Positions 42,706 to 57,332 of a stretch of 64,000 bases of DNA are shown piece by piece. The DNA lies in contig NC_043014.1 in NCBI RefSeq assembly GCF_006345805.1, positions 3,658,001-3,722,000 on the forward strand, written 5' to 3'. The DNA is from Octopus sinensis. Lineage: Eukaryota. The notes beneath the pieces were generated by a model, which did no database searches, was not told where the DNA came from, and was given only the letters and a program-made list of their open reading frames with translations. Numbering within the stretch: position 1 is the stretch's first letter; each line of letters starts with the position of its first letter. Position numbers and translations under genes: made by a program.

Positions 42706-43104
42706 GTGATGTAGGACAACAAACCCGACGTGAAGTCTCAACATTTCCGATGATGGGTCGTGTTAGACACAGCGCACACTGCTGCAAAGGAGAGTATATC
42801 CACTGACAGCTTTTCGGTGCGTTCAAAAATCACAGAAACCACACCTCCAATTTAGCATGACAGGTTAGGGCCTGAAACACTCCAAACTGACGCATAGCAT
42901 GTTGCTTAGTTGAATTAGCCCAGCATTTACTCTACAAATGTTTTGTTGTCAATGTTGCACTTTCCCATATCACCTGTTTCAAAATGACTGGAATATATTA
43001 TATACCAACTTTCTCGTTTTAATCCCCAGCAATGCCGGGTATGTCTGCTAGTACACACACATACATATATACACACACATATTTCTACATATATATAATA
43101 TAAA

Positions 43105-43147
<43 letters not shown>

Positions 43148-44652
43148 ATATTATATCTACACACATGTATATATATATAGTTAAATTTAATCCAAACAAG
43201 AAAGCACAAAGATACACAACAACGCGAGGACGTGGAACAAATATAGTATTATTGGACGCTCAGGAAAGAAGGAAGGAAGGAGGGTTTAACGTTTCGGGTG
43301 GAGCTCTTCGTCGAAAACATACGAGAAGGAAAGATCCAGAGGATGGAAGACAGAGGAAAACAATCGCCAACGGAACACACGCGCACAGATTTTGAATGAC
43401 CAGAAGGAAATGGGTGAAGAAAAGTTCTTTCAAAGACAGGAGAATGGTTGAGGAGGAGGAATATGTGTGTAGTGTGGATAAGAGCGTGTGCGGAGGATGC
43501 GTGTGCGTGTGTGTGTATGTGTGTATGTGTGCAATGAAGACAAATCTGTGTGTGTGTGCATGTGTGTGTGTATGTGTGTGTGGTTGTGGCTAGTAGTGTT
43601 AAGAAGAAGGAATTGGGCGTGGCTCCTTTTGTCTACCACAGGTCAAGTAGTAGGTACTGCTAGTTTGAAGTATGTGTGTGTGTGTGCGTGTATGTATATG
43701 TATCGTGTGTGTGTTTTGTTTGTAGTGTGTGTGTGTGTATGTGTGTGTTCATGTGTGTAGGCGTAGAGTTAGGGTGTGTGGCGAATGACTGTGCGTTACT
43801 TAGTGTATGTGTGAGTGTATGTGTATGTGTGTATGTGTGCAATGTATGTGTGGATTCATTTGAGTGTGTGTGTAAGTGCGTGCGTCTCGTATCTGCGTGT
43901 AGTTGTGTGTGCGTGTACATTTGCGTTTGTATGTGTGTCTGTATATGGGTGTATATACGTGTATCCGTGGGGTTGTGAGCTTTCGGTGTGTGCATTCGTG
44001 TGCGTGTGTGCGTGCTAATGTGTGCGCATGTTTTTGCGTGCGTGTGTGTGTATCTATATGTGTATACGTATGTGTATGTGTGTGTGCGCGTGTAGGCATA
44101 TATTGTGTGTATGTATATGTATCGGTGTGTATGTGAATTTGTACGTGCGTGTGTATGGGGGTTTTTCTGGAGTTGTGTGGGCGTAATGTGCGTGCGTGTG
44201 CTTCTGTGCGTGTGTGCACTTAAGTAGGTGTATGTGCGTGTGTGTCTGTGCCCATGTGTGTTTAAGTGTGTGCGTATCTGTATGAGTATCGTTAAATGTA
44301 TATGTGGGCATCTGTGCTGGTGTGTGTGTATGTACGTGTGTATGTGTGTGTGTGCGTGTATTGTGTGCGTATGATACATATATCTCTGTGATCACTGTTA
44401 CAGACCAGGCTATCAGTTGTTGCTACATATCGCGCTGGTCACAATGCGCTTCGCATTGTTTTAGCCTTCAAATAACGCCACCCTGCTGGCTAAGCGAGCG
44501 GGCCAACAGAAGAAAGAGTGATCACAACACCCCAACACTCACTGAGCTTCGGCAGCATTAAACACTCACAACGCCAAGTCTGGGAATCGAAACCGCGATC
44601 CTGCAACCATGAGACCGCTGCCCTAACCCTTGGGCCACTGCGCCTCCACACA

Positions 44653-44690
<38 letters not shown>

Positions 44691-44716
44691 ATATATATAT
44701 ATATATATATAATATA

Positions 44717-44773
<57 letters not shown>

Positions 44774-44852
44774 GGTCCCGGTTGAGTCGGGGTTAACCAC
44801 AGTAAATAAGGTACTCAATACATAGCAGAGTAAATTAATTTATTTTATAGAG

Positions 44853-44902
44853 GAGCTTCTACAGGACTAGAACTGTTTCATTCAAAAGAAATCATCAGGA
44901 AG

Positions 44903-44905
<3 letters not shown>
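44853..44905 (-). ncRNA. Type I hammerhead ribozyme motif in a 137-bp Penelope-type terminal repeat (44771-44907)
   Basis: Minus strand reads GAGCTTC-CTGATGA-TTTCTTTTGAAT-GAAA-CAG-TTCTAGTC-CTG-TA-GAAGCTC: 7-bp stem I, intact core, stem III and a GUA cleavage triplet. Confidence 0.75.
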
Positions 44906-44966
<61 letters not shown>

Positions 44967-45847
44967 CATATCAATATATAGGTATACACGTAAATATCAC
45001 AAATATACGTATCTACTTATACGCATACACACACACAAAACGCACACACACATATATTGAGTGGACATACACTGTATAGTGTGGTTGTTCGTGTACAATG
45101 AGCAGTGTGTCTGTTGTGCGTGTGTATATGTGTGTGTGTTTGTGTTTATTTGTGCGTTTGTTTGTCCGTGTGTCTGTGTGTATGTATTTACATTCGTTCT
45201 TACATATTGTCATATATAAAAACCAATGTGAATTACAGTCAAACATTACGAAATTCACCGAACTACATTGGCACTCGCACGTTTTATTTTAAGTTGGAAA
45301 GAAAAGATTAAAAAAAACTCGCCTCACTTCCGTTCTGATGGAGGAAATAGATAAATGTGTGTAAATATGTACGTATCCTATGTGTGCGTGTGTGTGTGTT
45401 TGTATGTGTCTGTTTCTGTGCGTTGTGGTAAGTGTACATCTAGATATAATACTTAACACTAATATTAACAGGACTAAACGTTGCAGCTACAGGGCATGGC
45501 CATGCTAGAACCCCACCGTTAGATTTTTTCCGTTACGCACTTATTTCCCTCTCCAGGATTAAGTCTGGTGAAAGAGCGATCGGACAGGAGTACAATTACA
45601 CCCTTCGTTGTGTTTACTTGGGATGTGTGTATATGTATGTATATATAGATATATATATATGCAAAAAAAGAAAATGGAGAACATATCTAAATCAATCATC
45701 AACCATCAGATAATACCCAATCAATACTTTATTAAACCATTACATAACAGCAATGACATTATACATAATATATTGCAAATATAACTAGACATGGAAATAG
45801 AAATAGAATATACGATTACATCATATCTGACAGATATATATATATAT

Positions 45848-45899
<52 letters not shown>

Positions 45900-46800
45900 A
45901 TAATATATAGATAGATAGATATAGATAGTTAGATAGATAGATAGATAGATAGATAGATTGATAGATAGATAGATTATAGATAGATAGACAGATATGTATG
46001 TACATACATACGTAACTATATATGTGTGTATGTATATATGATATGTATATATATATATTGATTTGTGTGTGTGCGTGTGTGTGTGTATATCACACATAGT
46101 GTGTATGTATCTATGTTTTATGTATGTGTCTGTTATTGTCGCACCACTATCGATTCTCAACTGATGTCGGTGTGTTTACGTCCCCGTTACATAGCCGATC
46201 GTCTAGAGATACCGATAGAATGAGCAATAGGCTTACAAGGAATAATTCCTGAAGTCGACATGTCCTACTGAACGCAGTATTCTAGCATGGCCGCAGTCAA
46301 ATGACTGAAACGGTTAAAAGAATATATTTATATACAAACATACACACACACACACACACACACATACATATATATATAGATAAATAGAGAGAGAGAGGGA
46401 TAGACAGAGAGATATAGTGATAGATACACACACGCATTTATTTGTTTGTATATATATATCTATATATGTTCACGCACTAATATATTCATATGTATGTATA
46501 TTTATAAATACATATATATGTATATTATATATACAAATATATGTATATGTATATATATGTATATTTAGGTATGTGCGCCTGTGTGTTCGTGTGTGATTAC
46601 GTGTGTGATCTTACGTGTGTGTGTGTGTGCTCCATAGGAACATATGTAAGTGATTCATGCATACATCCTTACCACCATCCATCCATCCGTACGTACATAC
46701 ATCCACATATTAATACATACATACGTAAATGCATACATACATACATGCATATATAAATACATAAAGACATACATATATTAACAAAAAATCCATGACTTAC

Positions 46801-46944
46801 CGTTTGCGATTTCTCTTCCATTTTTCCTATTCTTGAATCTTGATGAAGAATCACGATCGTCAGAACGAGAAGAACCCCAAAAGCTATGAGAGAAGAAATG
46901 GAATAACGCTGCGAAATATTCCTGGACAGTTGTGCGAAATCCAT
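46801..46944 (-). CDS. Copy C exon 1 (signal anchor)
   Basis: Open 144-nt exon MDFAQ...EEKSQT with GTAAGT donor. Confidence 0.7.
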
Positions 46945-47706
46945 TCTGGTGACAGTTGTCGGTCGTACGTGATACTTCGTGTGGCTCCAACAAAAGATCG
47001 AGATGCGAGGTTTAAGCTGAAGACCTGTAACTGAATTCCACGTATTTATTGAGCGCACAACAACCCAGCTCTGGCATAGATCTTATCGTAAATTTATGAA
47101 CCAATGCGATTGGTGGAACTGTAAAAGTGGGCGTGAACTTGTCTGACAGGTTTAATTATTGGAAAGAGATGGTTTGATATTGTCACACAATAATTAGCAA
47201 AATATTTTGATGAATGAGAGACACGTGTAAAGTGAAATGATTCCTGTTTCTGGATATATTATGATATATTTATTTACTAATGTTGTTTTTATTTATTTTA
47301 TTTGTTATTCTTGGGAAACTGTTTTTAATTCAGTGTGGGAAATATTTCGTTCAACCAACAAATACACAGACACAAAGACACACACACACACACACACACT
47401 GTCACACACACACACAAGCACACACACTGACACAAACCAACACAACACACCACACACACTGACACACAGATTACACACGCACAAACACTAACACACACAC
47501 ACACTGACATACAACACACAACACACACACCCACACATACCAACACACACTGACACACACACATATACATTGTCTTCCGCACAAACACACAAACACATAC
47601 TAACGCACACACATACATATTGACACACACACACACTGACACACACATCACACGCTGACACACATACGCACACACACACACACACTCCCACACATACACA
47701 TACACT

Positions 47707-47757
<51 letters not shown>

Positions 47758-50700
47758 ACTGCTTTAATATTCAGTGTGGGATTTAATTCGTTCAACCGAC
47801 ACAGTAATCGCAAGACTTAATCTAATGAAGTCCGCTGTTCGGATTGGATTCTTCACAACAAGCGTTAATCGGATTAGAAAAGTTTTATGTGAATATCAAA
47901 ATCAAAACCTACCAATTCCCACCCACCCATACATACATACATACACACATACATACATACACACATACATACATACATATATACATACATACATGTATAC
48001 ATACATACATGCATGCGTACATGCATACATACATACATACTTGCACACATACATACAGGCATACATACAAACATACATACATACACACATACATACATAC
48101 ATGCATACATTCATACATACATACATACATACATACACACACACATACATACATACATGCATACATCCACACTCACGTATATACATACATATATACATAC
48201 ATAAATACCCCCATACATACATATATACATACATATACACACATATATATACATACATACACACATACATACACACATACATACATACAAACATACATAC
48301 ATACACACACACACATACATACATACATACATACATACTTTCAAACATACATGTATGCATATATTTATATATACATGTATGTATGTATACATGTATACAT
48401 GCATGTATGTTTGAATGTAAGCATGTATATATCGATAGACACATATACACATACATACATGTATATATACATACATACATATTCACATCCATACATACAT
48501 GCATACATACTTACATCCATCCATCCATCCATACATACATACATACTTGGTGGCTGCACCCTCGTTATCGAGTATGGCCATTGCACGAAGCTTAATCAAT
48601 GTTGTTATCTTGCAATGCCTGTGCATGAAGATTTTTTTATAGTGAGGAAAAGCTGTGCACCGTGTCGATCCCAGTCACTAAGCATCAGCAGCCATAATCC
48701 GAAAAGAAGAACAAGTCTATATCATCGGTAACCACTGAGCCGCAGGTTTTATGTCGGAGTTATCCCAGTTACCTGATTTACCTTCTCCTAGAAGGATGCC
48801 CTTACAAAGTGTAGGAGTCCTTCACTCCCTGTGGTTTAACCGCACGATCGGGTATTCAGTCCGATTATTTCTATGTCCCCGCGCATGATACAGCCTTAAG
48901 ACATATATTGGATGGCCGTTGACTCTCAAGAGTTCCTCCGCTCTTTGACGGGTTTTGTTTTTCATCCCGCAGGGTGTCCAATAAACACCCTCCTCACCAA
49001 GCAAGCTTGGTGGGGTTGCCGGTTTAGTCGCCGACGACCCGACAATGCAGCAGGTTGTACTGGGTTACTTGTTACCAGTAGCACACGAAAGTGACCTGAC
49101 ATACATACATGCTTACACACATACATACATACATACATACATACAAACATGCATACATACCTACATACATACATGCATGCATACATACCTACATACGTAC
49201 AGACAGACATACATGCATACATACCTACATTCATACATACATACATACATGCTTACATACATACATGCATGCATACATACATACATACATACATACATAC
49301 ATACATACATGCATACATACCTGCACACATACATACATACATGCATACACACATACATGCAACCATACATACATGCATACATACATACATACATACATAC
49401 ATACATACATACATACATACATACATACATACACACAAAAATATCCTGTTCATGTTGTTGAAATTCCAATGAAAGATACTTGGAACTAAGTTAGAAGGCG
49501 TCTCTCTTTCTGTTGACCAGAAATATTCTATTAAAACCGAATAATGACATTCATACATATTTTTAACTAGTCATTATCACTAGCTTTGAATATTTTTCTT
49601 CTTGTTTTATAAATCATAGCAAAACATACAGGTACAGTGTCTCCCATTTGAAACTCAATTCGCAAGTGCACCTTCCGTATGGACTGCATATGTACGACGG
49701 AATTCCATAGTTATGATTAAATTTTCTTAGATGAAGCATATCAGACCCCTCAGATATAGTTTGACCTAATTTAATATATATATATGTGTGTGTGTATGTG
49801 TGTGTGTGTGTATGTTTGTGTGTGCGTGTGGTGTGTGTGTGTTAGTGTGTTTGTGTGTGTGTAACACTCTCTGTTTGGCCCTCGAATTAATATTAATTTC
49901 AAATAAGCTACAAAATAAATCTTACAGCCATGTCAGATTTCAACAAAGTCCCATAATTTTTCCTATTGTAATGGCGGGTTGCATATGCAGCTGCGCATGC
50001 TCTGTACAGCTAAACACATGGCGGTCGTTTTAACTGTCTAATTATGCCGCTGAATCAAAAGATGAATTTGAAGATCTACCAGCGTCCGTATTCTCTGCAA
50101 TTGTTTACGATTTACAACAACCAGAAAATATTTGTAATCTAGAGAAGCGAATGCAGATTTACCCATCAGGCTAATAATAGTGGGATAATAAACATTAATA
50201 ATCTTTAATCTTTATTGCAGCTTGATGCTGTTAACCGAAACCTTCGTTTATCTAACAAATATTCGACACACTCCAACATACTGTCATGTATCCTATTGGA
50301 TATAACGTGACGGTCACAACATCTCAGCCTTCTTACACACACATCCGTGCTTGCCCTGACTATTTTGCTCTCTTTACTCTCACTTTTATGGGTGTTGTAT
50401 TCGTTTCGCATGAAATGTATTCAGCTTCTAGGATCCATCCTTTCTTCGGTTCTGGTATGTTTACGTAGATGAGTGAAAGAAATCGTCGTATTTGATGTTC
50501 TCTGCTGCTGAAATGAGACAATTTTTCTGGTTGATTTCCTTTCTCATTCTTGTATATCAGCGTTTAGTGTATGATGTGAGTGTTCTGTGCATAGAGTTCC
50601 ATTTTGTCATAATTTGTGGAGAGGTGGGAAGGTGGTGATTTAGATTTAGTATAAGTTATGAGGTAAGAATTGAACGGAAAGCTTCCCTGATTAATAAAGG

Positions 50701-51219
50701 CAAATAAAATGGTTTGTTTAGAAGTAATTGGTTGTTGTTGTTGAAGCGATCATGTGTTTTCTGTGTTAAATAATGTGGTGGTCTTTGTCATTGTCAGATT
50801 CCGAGTTGTAATTTCAAAAGTAAGATGTCTGAGATAGTAGCGTCGAGTATTAGATGAAAAGCTGATATAATTCTATGGTGGTATTTTATTTGGGGTTTGT
50901 TGAATCATGAGACAGAAGACAAAATACTGTTAAACAAAATAACATTTTATTTCAACGATAAGTTTGATAAACTGAAATCTTACAAAATGTTTTCTAGAAT
51001 CATTCCGACAGATTTAGATTTTTCTTGTTTTTGAGGATATTTCTGGCATTCTACGTCGCCTCTCTTTGTATGTTTGAATATCTTCTGTGAACTAGTACAA
51101 CAGTTTATGTAACGATAGACATACTTTAAAGAATATATTAGGTAACAAAATTGAAAATTTTATGTTATATGTTGAAATTCACAGAGATATTTTCATATGG
51201 AACCGAATTTAATTTATAT

Positions 51220-51717
51220 TCAATATTTACTGCATACAACACAGGTTAATTCTTGACCATGGACATACGGTGGACATGGCAATGAACCACAAGCAGCCTG
51301 AACGAAATATAATACAGCTCCATTTTCATTTCGGTACCTGCTGGATCAGCTTCTGGTGCATAGTCCACACACACATATTCAAGTCTGCCCTGTGTGTATG
51401 ACGTTCGGACATCAAATATCCTGAATACTCAGCTGTCCAACCAGGGTAACACTGTGTTCTGGCTGGTAACATCATAACAACAGCAGGTTGTCGTGTCAAA
51501 CAGACAGCGCACGGAACGTTGTGATCATGAAGTGATTTAGTGTTAGCAAAAGAAAAGATGGTATTGGCGTCGTAATCTTGTAGTTGATATTCACTGCCAT
51601 AAATGTGACCACCTTCTTCAACTTTTGTAGTATAATTGGCCCAAATGGGGTCGTTAGGTAGACATAAGAGATTACTTCCGCCACCTGTGTCGTCGTACCA
51701 TTGTCCACCAGCCACAC
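51220..51717 (-). pseudogene. Copy D: duplicated terminal exon, near-identical to E, with two 1-nt deletions and no penultimate exon of its own
   Basis: Matches 54871-55370 except CCCTG/CCCTTG and GGTACC/GGTAACC. Confidence 0.7.
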
Positions 51718-51954
51718 CTAGAATTGGTAAGAATAAATCAAGTAAAAAATATTAAGCAAAATTATATATGAAATAACGGAAACATTCATTACAGTTTGAC
51801 CCTTAAAAGGAGTCATGTTTAGTCGCGTGTGAACGAATTGTGGTGTATGTGTTTATGTTAGTGTTTATGTAGTGTAAGCTGTGTGAGTATGAGATCGCAG
51901 TCGTGCGTTTGTCTTCTCTTCATGTGTGTGTGTGTGTGTGTTTGCGTGTCTTTG

Positions 51955-51985
<31 letters not shown>

Positions 51986-54870
51986 ACGGGTAAGTATTTG
52001 TTGTTGTGATGTGTATTGCTTGGGGTAGATGTTTGTGTGTGGATGTCAATAAACGGTGAAAGGAAAGGGATTTTGTTACGCATGTGGTCGTGATTTCCCG
52101 AAATGGAAAAGATGTCGTTCACGTTCGAACGGGAAAATTGTTGGTGATGGGAATTGCATGTGGTTTGAGTAGAACAATACGAGAGACGGTGACATGCAGA
52201 GAACTGGTGGGTAAGAGGGGATGAAATACTGTTTAGCCGACCATACGGGTGTGGCTGGCTATATCCATCGGTTTGTCTCGGACGAGTCAGGCCTACCACG
52301 AGACGGGCCTAACACATACTATAATATTATGATCACAGAGATTTTATTTCATGCAAAGCATGAACTGAGGTGGGGTGAATTTTGAAGCTCATTGATGGCG
52401 TAGTGCTTAAGAAGAATGGACAGCGGAGAGGCGACCGATAAAGAATATGTGTAGGGTTTATAGAGAGCACATTCACAAAAGATGTGAGGTTGGTTGGAGA
52501 AGATGTGGGAAGCAGTAGCTTTGAATTGGATGTGCCGGTGTACCTTACAAAGATACACTGGACAATTAATGAGGCGAGGTGTTTCATGAAAAGAGATAGG
52601 TTGAAGTGGTAGGTTGAGGTGGAGAAGAATAGTAGTGCAATATGTACTCATTTGTGTTATCTTAGTGGTAATTCATCCCTCCACATTTTGCATAATACAT
52701 ACGACCCTAAGTTAGCTTTGTCCATTAGTTACAGTGTGTGGTCTGTCCAGTCCACATGTACATTCTGCGTTCACTTCATTAACCATAAACATTCATTCAT
52801 CAATTCTAAGAGACCTTGTTCAATGTAGTCTATAACTACAATCAATAGACTCTCTAGTTAATGATAGTCAAGTGGCCACTTTCAGCTCTGGTCACTCACG
52901 TACAATACCACCATCCGTATCCAGTCTAGTCCCTATCTATAATTTAAGGTAGTTAGACAACAACCTTTTCACCTGGTCCATAGTAGACAACATTTAAATT
53001 CTAATTTGACCAAATACCTACAAAGGAGTGAGCAGTCTTGTGCAGTCACTATAGGGTCTATAGGTATCGTTTCAAACGTGATATATCACATGATTTGCTT
53101 GAAGGTGTGTGAGAGAAACTGAAAGAGAGGTGCCGACACGAAGAGAAAATGAGAGGAATAAAAAGAGAAGAAGAGAAAGATAAAGAGAGAAAGAGAGGAC
53201 ATATTTTTAACTAGTCATTATCACTAGCTTTGAATATTTTTCTTCTTGTTTTATAAATCATAGCAAAACATACAGGTACAGTGTCTCCCATTTGAAACTC
53301 AATTCGCAAGTGCACCTTCCGTATGGACTGCATATGTACGACGGAATTCCATAGTTATGATTAAATTTTCTTAGATGAAGCATATCAGACCCCTCAGATA
53401 TAGTTTGACCTAATTTAATATATATATATGTGTGTGTGTATGTGTGTGTGTGTGTATGTTTGTGTGTGCGTGTGTGTGTGTGTGTGTTAGTGTGTTTGTG
53501 TGTGTGTGTAACACTCTCTGTTTGGCCCTCGAATTAATATTAATTTCAAATAAGCTACAAAATAAATCTTACAGCCATGTCAGATTTCAACAAAGTCCCA
53601 TAATTTTTCCTATTGTAATGGCGGGTTGCATATGCAGCTGCGCATGCTCTGTACAGCTTAAACACATGGCGGTCGTTTTAACTGTCTAATTATGCCGTTG
53701 AATCAAAAGATGAATTTGAAGATCTACCAGCGTCCGTATTCTCTGCAATTGTTTACGATTTACAACCAAGAAAATATTTGTAATCTAGAGAAGCGAATGC
53801 AGATTTACCCATCAGGCTAATAATAGTGGGATAATAAACATTAATAATCTTTAATCTTTATTGCAGCTTGATGCTGTTAACCGAAACCTTCGTTTATCTA
53901 ACAAATATTCGACACACTCCAACATACTGTCATGTATCCTATTGGATATAACGTGACGGTCACAACATCTCAGCCTTCTTACACACAGCATCCGTGCTTG
54001 CCCTGACTATATTTGCTCTCTTTACTCTCACTTTTATGGGTGTTGTATTCGTTTCGCATGAAATGTATTCAGCTTCTAGGATCCATCCTTTCTTCGGTTC
54101 TGGTATGTTTACGTAGATGAGTGAAAGAAATCGTCGTATTTGATGTTCTCTGCTGCTGAAATGAGACAATTTTTCTGGTTGATTTCCTTTCTCATTCTTG
54201 TATATCAGCGTTTAGTGTATGATGTGAGTGTTCTGTGCATAGAGTTCCATTTTGTCATAATTTGTGGAGAGGTGGGAAGGTTGTGATTTAGATTTAGGTT
54301 ATAAGTTATGAGGTAAGAATTGAACGGAAAGCTTCCCTGATTAATAAAGGCAAATAAAATGGTTTGTTTAGAAGTAATTGGTTGTTGTTGTTGAAGCGAT
54401 CATGTGTTTTCTGTGTTAAATAATGTGGTGGTTCTTTGTCATTGTCAGATTCCGAGTTGTAATTTCAAAAGTAAGATGTCTGAGATAGTAGCGTCGAGTA
54501 TTAGATGAAAAGCTGATATAATTCTATGGTGGTATTTTATTTGGGGTTTGTTGAATCATGAGACAGAAGACAAAATACTGTTAAACAAAATAACATTTTA
54601 TTTCAACGATAAGTTTGATAAACTGAAATCTTACAAAATGTTTTCTAGAATCATTCCGACAGATTTAGATTTTTCTTGTTTTTGAGATATTTCTGGCATT
54701 CTACGTCGCCTCTTTTGTATTGTTTGAATATCTTCTGTGAACTAGTACAACAGTTTATTGTAACGATAGACATACTTTAAAGAATATATTAGGTAACAAA
54801 ATTGAAAATTTTATGTTATATGTTGAAATTCACAGAGATATTTTCATATGGAACCGAATTTAATTTATAT

Positions 54871-55370
54871 TCAATATTTACTGCATACAACACAGGTTAA
54901 TTCTTGACCATGGACATACGGTGGACATGGCAATGAACCACAAGCAGCCTGAACGAAATATAATACAGCTCCATTTTCATTTCGGTAACCTGCTGGATCA
55001 GCTTCTGGTGCATAGTCCACACACACATATTCAAGTCTGCCCTTGTGTGTATGACGTTCGGACATCAAATATCCTGAATACTCAGCTGTCCAACCAGGGT
55101 AACACTGTGTTCTGGCTGGTAACATCATAACAACAGCAGGTTGTCGTGTCAAACAGACAGCGCACGGAACGTTGTGATCATGAAGTGATTTAGTGTTAGC
55201 AAAAGAAAAGATGGTATTGGCGTCGTAATCTTGTAGTTGATATTCACTGCCATAAATGTGACCACCTTCTTCAACTTTTGTAGTATAATTGGCCCAAATG
55301 GGGTCGTTAGGTAGACATAAGAGATTACTTCCGCCACCTGTGTCGTCGTACCATTGTCCACCAGCCACAC
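54871..55370 (-). CDS. Copy E terminal exon, intact short-chain collagen C4/NC1-like domain
   Basis: Uninterrupted 500-nt exon GVAGGQWYDDTGGGSNLLCLPNDP...LTCVVCSKY stop, 9 Cys, TTCTAG acceptor. Confidence 0.9.
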
Positions 55371-55610
55371 CTAGAATTGGTAAGAATAAATCAAGTAAAA
55401 AAGATATTAAGCAAAATTATATATGAAATAACGGAAACATTCATTACAGTTTGACCCTTAAAAGGAGTCATGTTTAGTCGCGTGTGAACGAATTGTGGTG
55501 TATGTGTTTATGTTAGTGTTTATGTAAGTGTAAGCTGTGTGAGTATGAGATCGCAGTCGTGCGTTTGTCTTCTCTTCATGTGTGTGTGTGTGTGTGTTTG
55601 CGTGTCTTTG

Positions 55611-55641
<31 letters not shown>

Positions 55642-56880
55642 ACGGGTAAGTATTTGTTGTTGTGATGTGTATTGCTTGGGGTAGATGTTTGTGTGTGGAT
55701 GTCAATAAACGGTGAAAGGAAAGGGATTTTGTTACGCATGTGGTCGTGATTTCCCGAAATGGAAAAGATGTCGTTCACGTTCGAACGGGAAAATTGTTGG
55801 TGATGGGAATTGCATGTGGTTTGAGTAGAACAATACGAGAGACGGTGACATGCAGAGAACTGGTGGGTAAGAGGGGATGAAATACTGTTTAGCCGACCAT
55901 ACGGGTGTGGCTGGCATATCAACATCGGTTTGTCTCGGACGAGTCAGGCCTACCACGAGACGGGCCTAACACATACTATAATATTATGATCACAGAGATT
56001 TTATTTCATGCAAAGCATGAACTGAGGTGGGGTGAATTTTGAAGCTCATTGATGGCGTAGTGCTTAAGAAGAATGGACAGCGGAGAGGCGACCGATAAAG
56101 AATATGTGTAGGGTTTATAGAGAGCACATTCACAAAAGATGTGAGGTTGGTTGGAGAAGATGTGGGAAGCAGTAGCTTTGAATTGGATGTGCCGGTGTTA
56201 CCTTACAAAGATACACTGGACAATTAATGAGGCGAGGTGTTTCATGAAAAGAGATAGGTTGAAGTGGTAGGTTGAGGTGGAGAAGAATAGTAGTGCAATA
56301 TGTACTCATTTGTGTTATCTTAGTGGTAATTCATCCCTCCACATTTTGCATAATACATACGACCCTAAGTTAGCTTTGTCCATTAGTTACAGTGTGTGGT
56401 CTGTCCAGTCCACATTGTACATTCTGCGTTCACTTCATTAACCATAAACATTCATTCATCAATTCTAAGAGACCTTGTTCAATGTAGTCTATAACTACAA
56501 TCAATAGACTCTCTAGTTAATGATAGTCAAGTGGCCACTTTCAGCTCTGGTCACTCACGTACAATACCACCATCCGTATCCAGTCTAGTCCCTATCTATA
56601 ATTTAAGGTAGTTAGACAACAACCTTTTCACCTGGTCCATAGTAGACAACATTTAAATTCTAATTTGACCAAATACCTACAAAGGAGTGAGCAGTCTTGT
56701 GCAGTCACTATAGGGTCTATAGGTATCGTTTCAAACGTGATATATCACATGATTTGCTTGAAGGTGTGTGAGAGAAACTGAAAGAGAGGTGTCGACACGA
56801 AGAGAAAATGAGAGGAATAAAAAGAGAAGAAGAGAAAGATAAAGAGAGAAAGAGAGGACAGAAATACAGAGTATACTAAC

Positions 56881-56958
56881 CGTCATATACAAGGTTTGAA
56901 TAAGGAGGACAAGTAGTTCTTTCTGCCCACCGGGTATACAATGATCCGGGACCGGGTT
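56881..56958 (-). CDS. Copy E penultimate exon (PGPGSLYTRWAERTTCPPYSNLVYD-G); exon 1 is expected just beyond 64000
   Basis: 78 nt, phase 1-1, canonical AG/GT, in frame with 54871-55370. Confidence 0.85.
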
Positions 56959-57285
56959 CTGTGAAATAAAATAACACAATTTAGTTTAAAAGAAAGAATT
57001 TTTGAATCCTATACAAAGGAAGTTGTTGGCTTGGAAGGAATTGATAGAGAGGAGAGAAATTTAGAAGTTAAGAGAAAAAGAATGAGTGAATGAATGAAAA
57101 TCAGAATGAAAGAAGTAAATGATTCGCTAAGAATAAATTTTAAACGAAGAAAATTAGTCATTTGTCTATTGAGCCTGTTGTTGACGTTGATGTCAACGAA
57201 TTGAGAGATTAATCTCAGAATATCAGAATGTGTATTTGTCTCCCTTAAGAACAGATGTTTGTTTTGTAGTTGAACTTGAATGTGA

Positions 57286-57332
<47 letters not shown>

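Larger units (their letters stand above)
49555..56860 (+). repeat. Near-identical ~3.65-kb direct tandem duplication (49555-53198 and 53199-56860)
   Basis: Base-by-base match with a few mostly 1-nt differences; junction AGAGG-ACA-TATTTTT. Confidence 0.9.
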
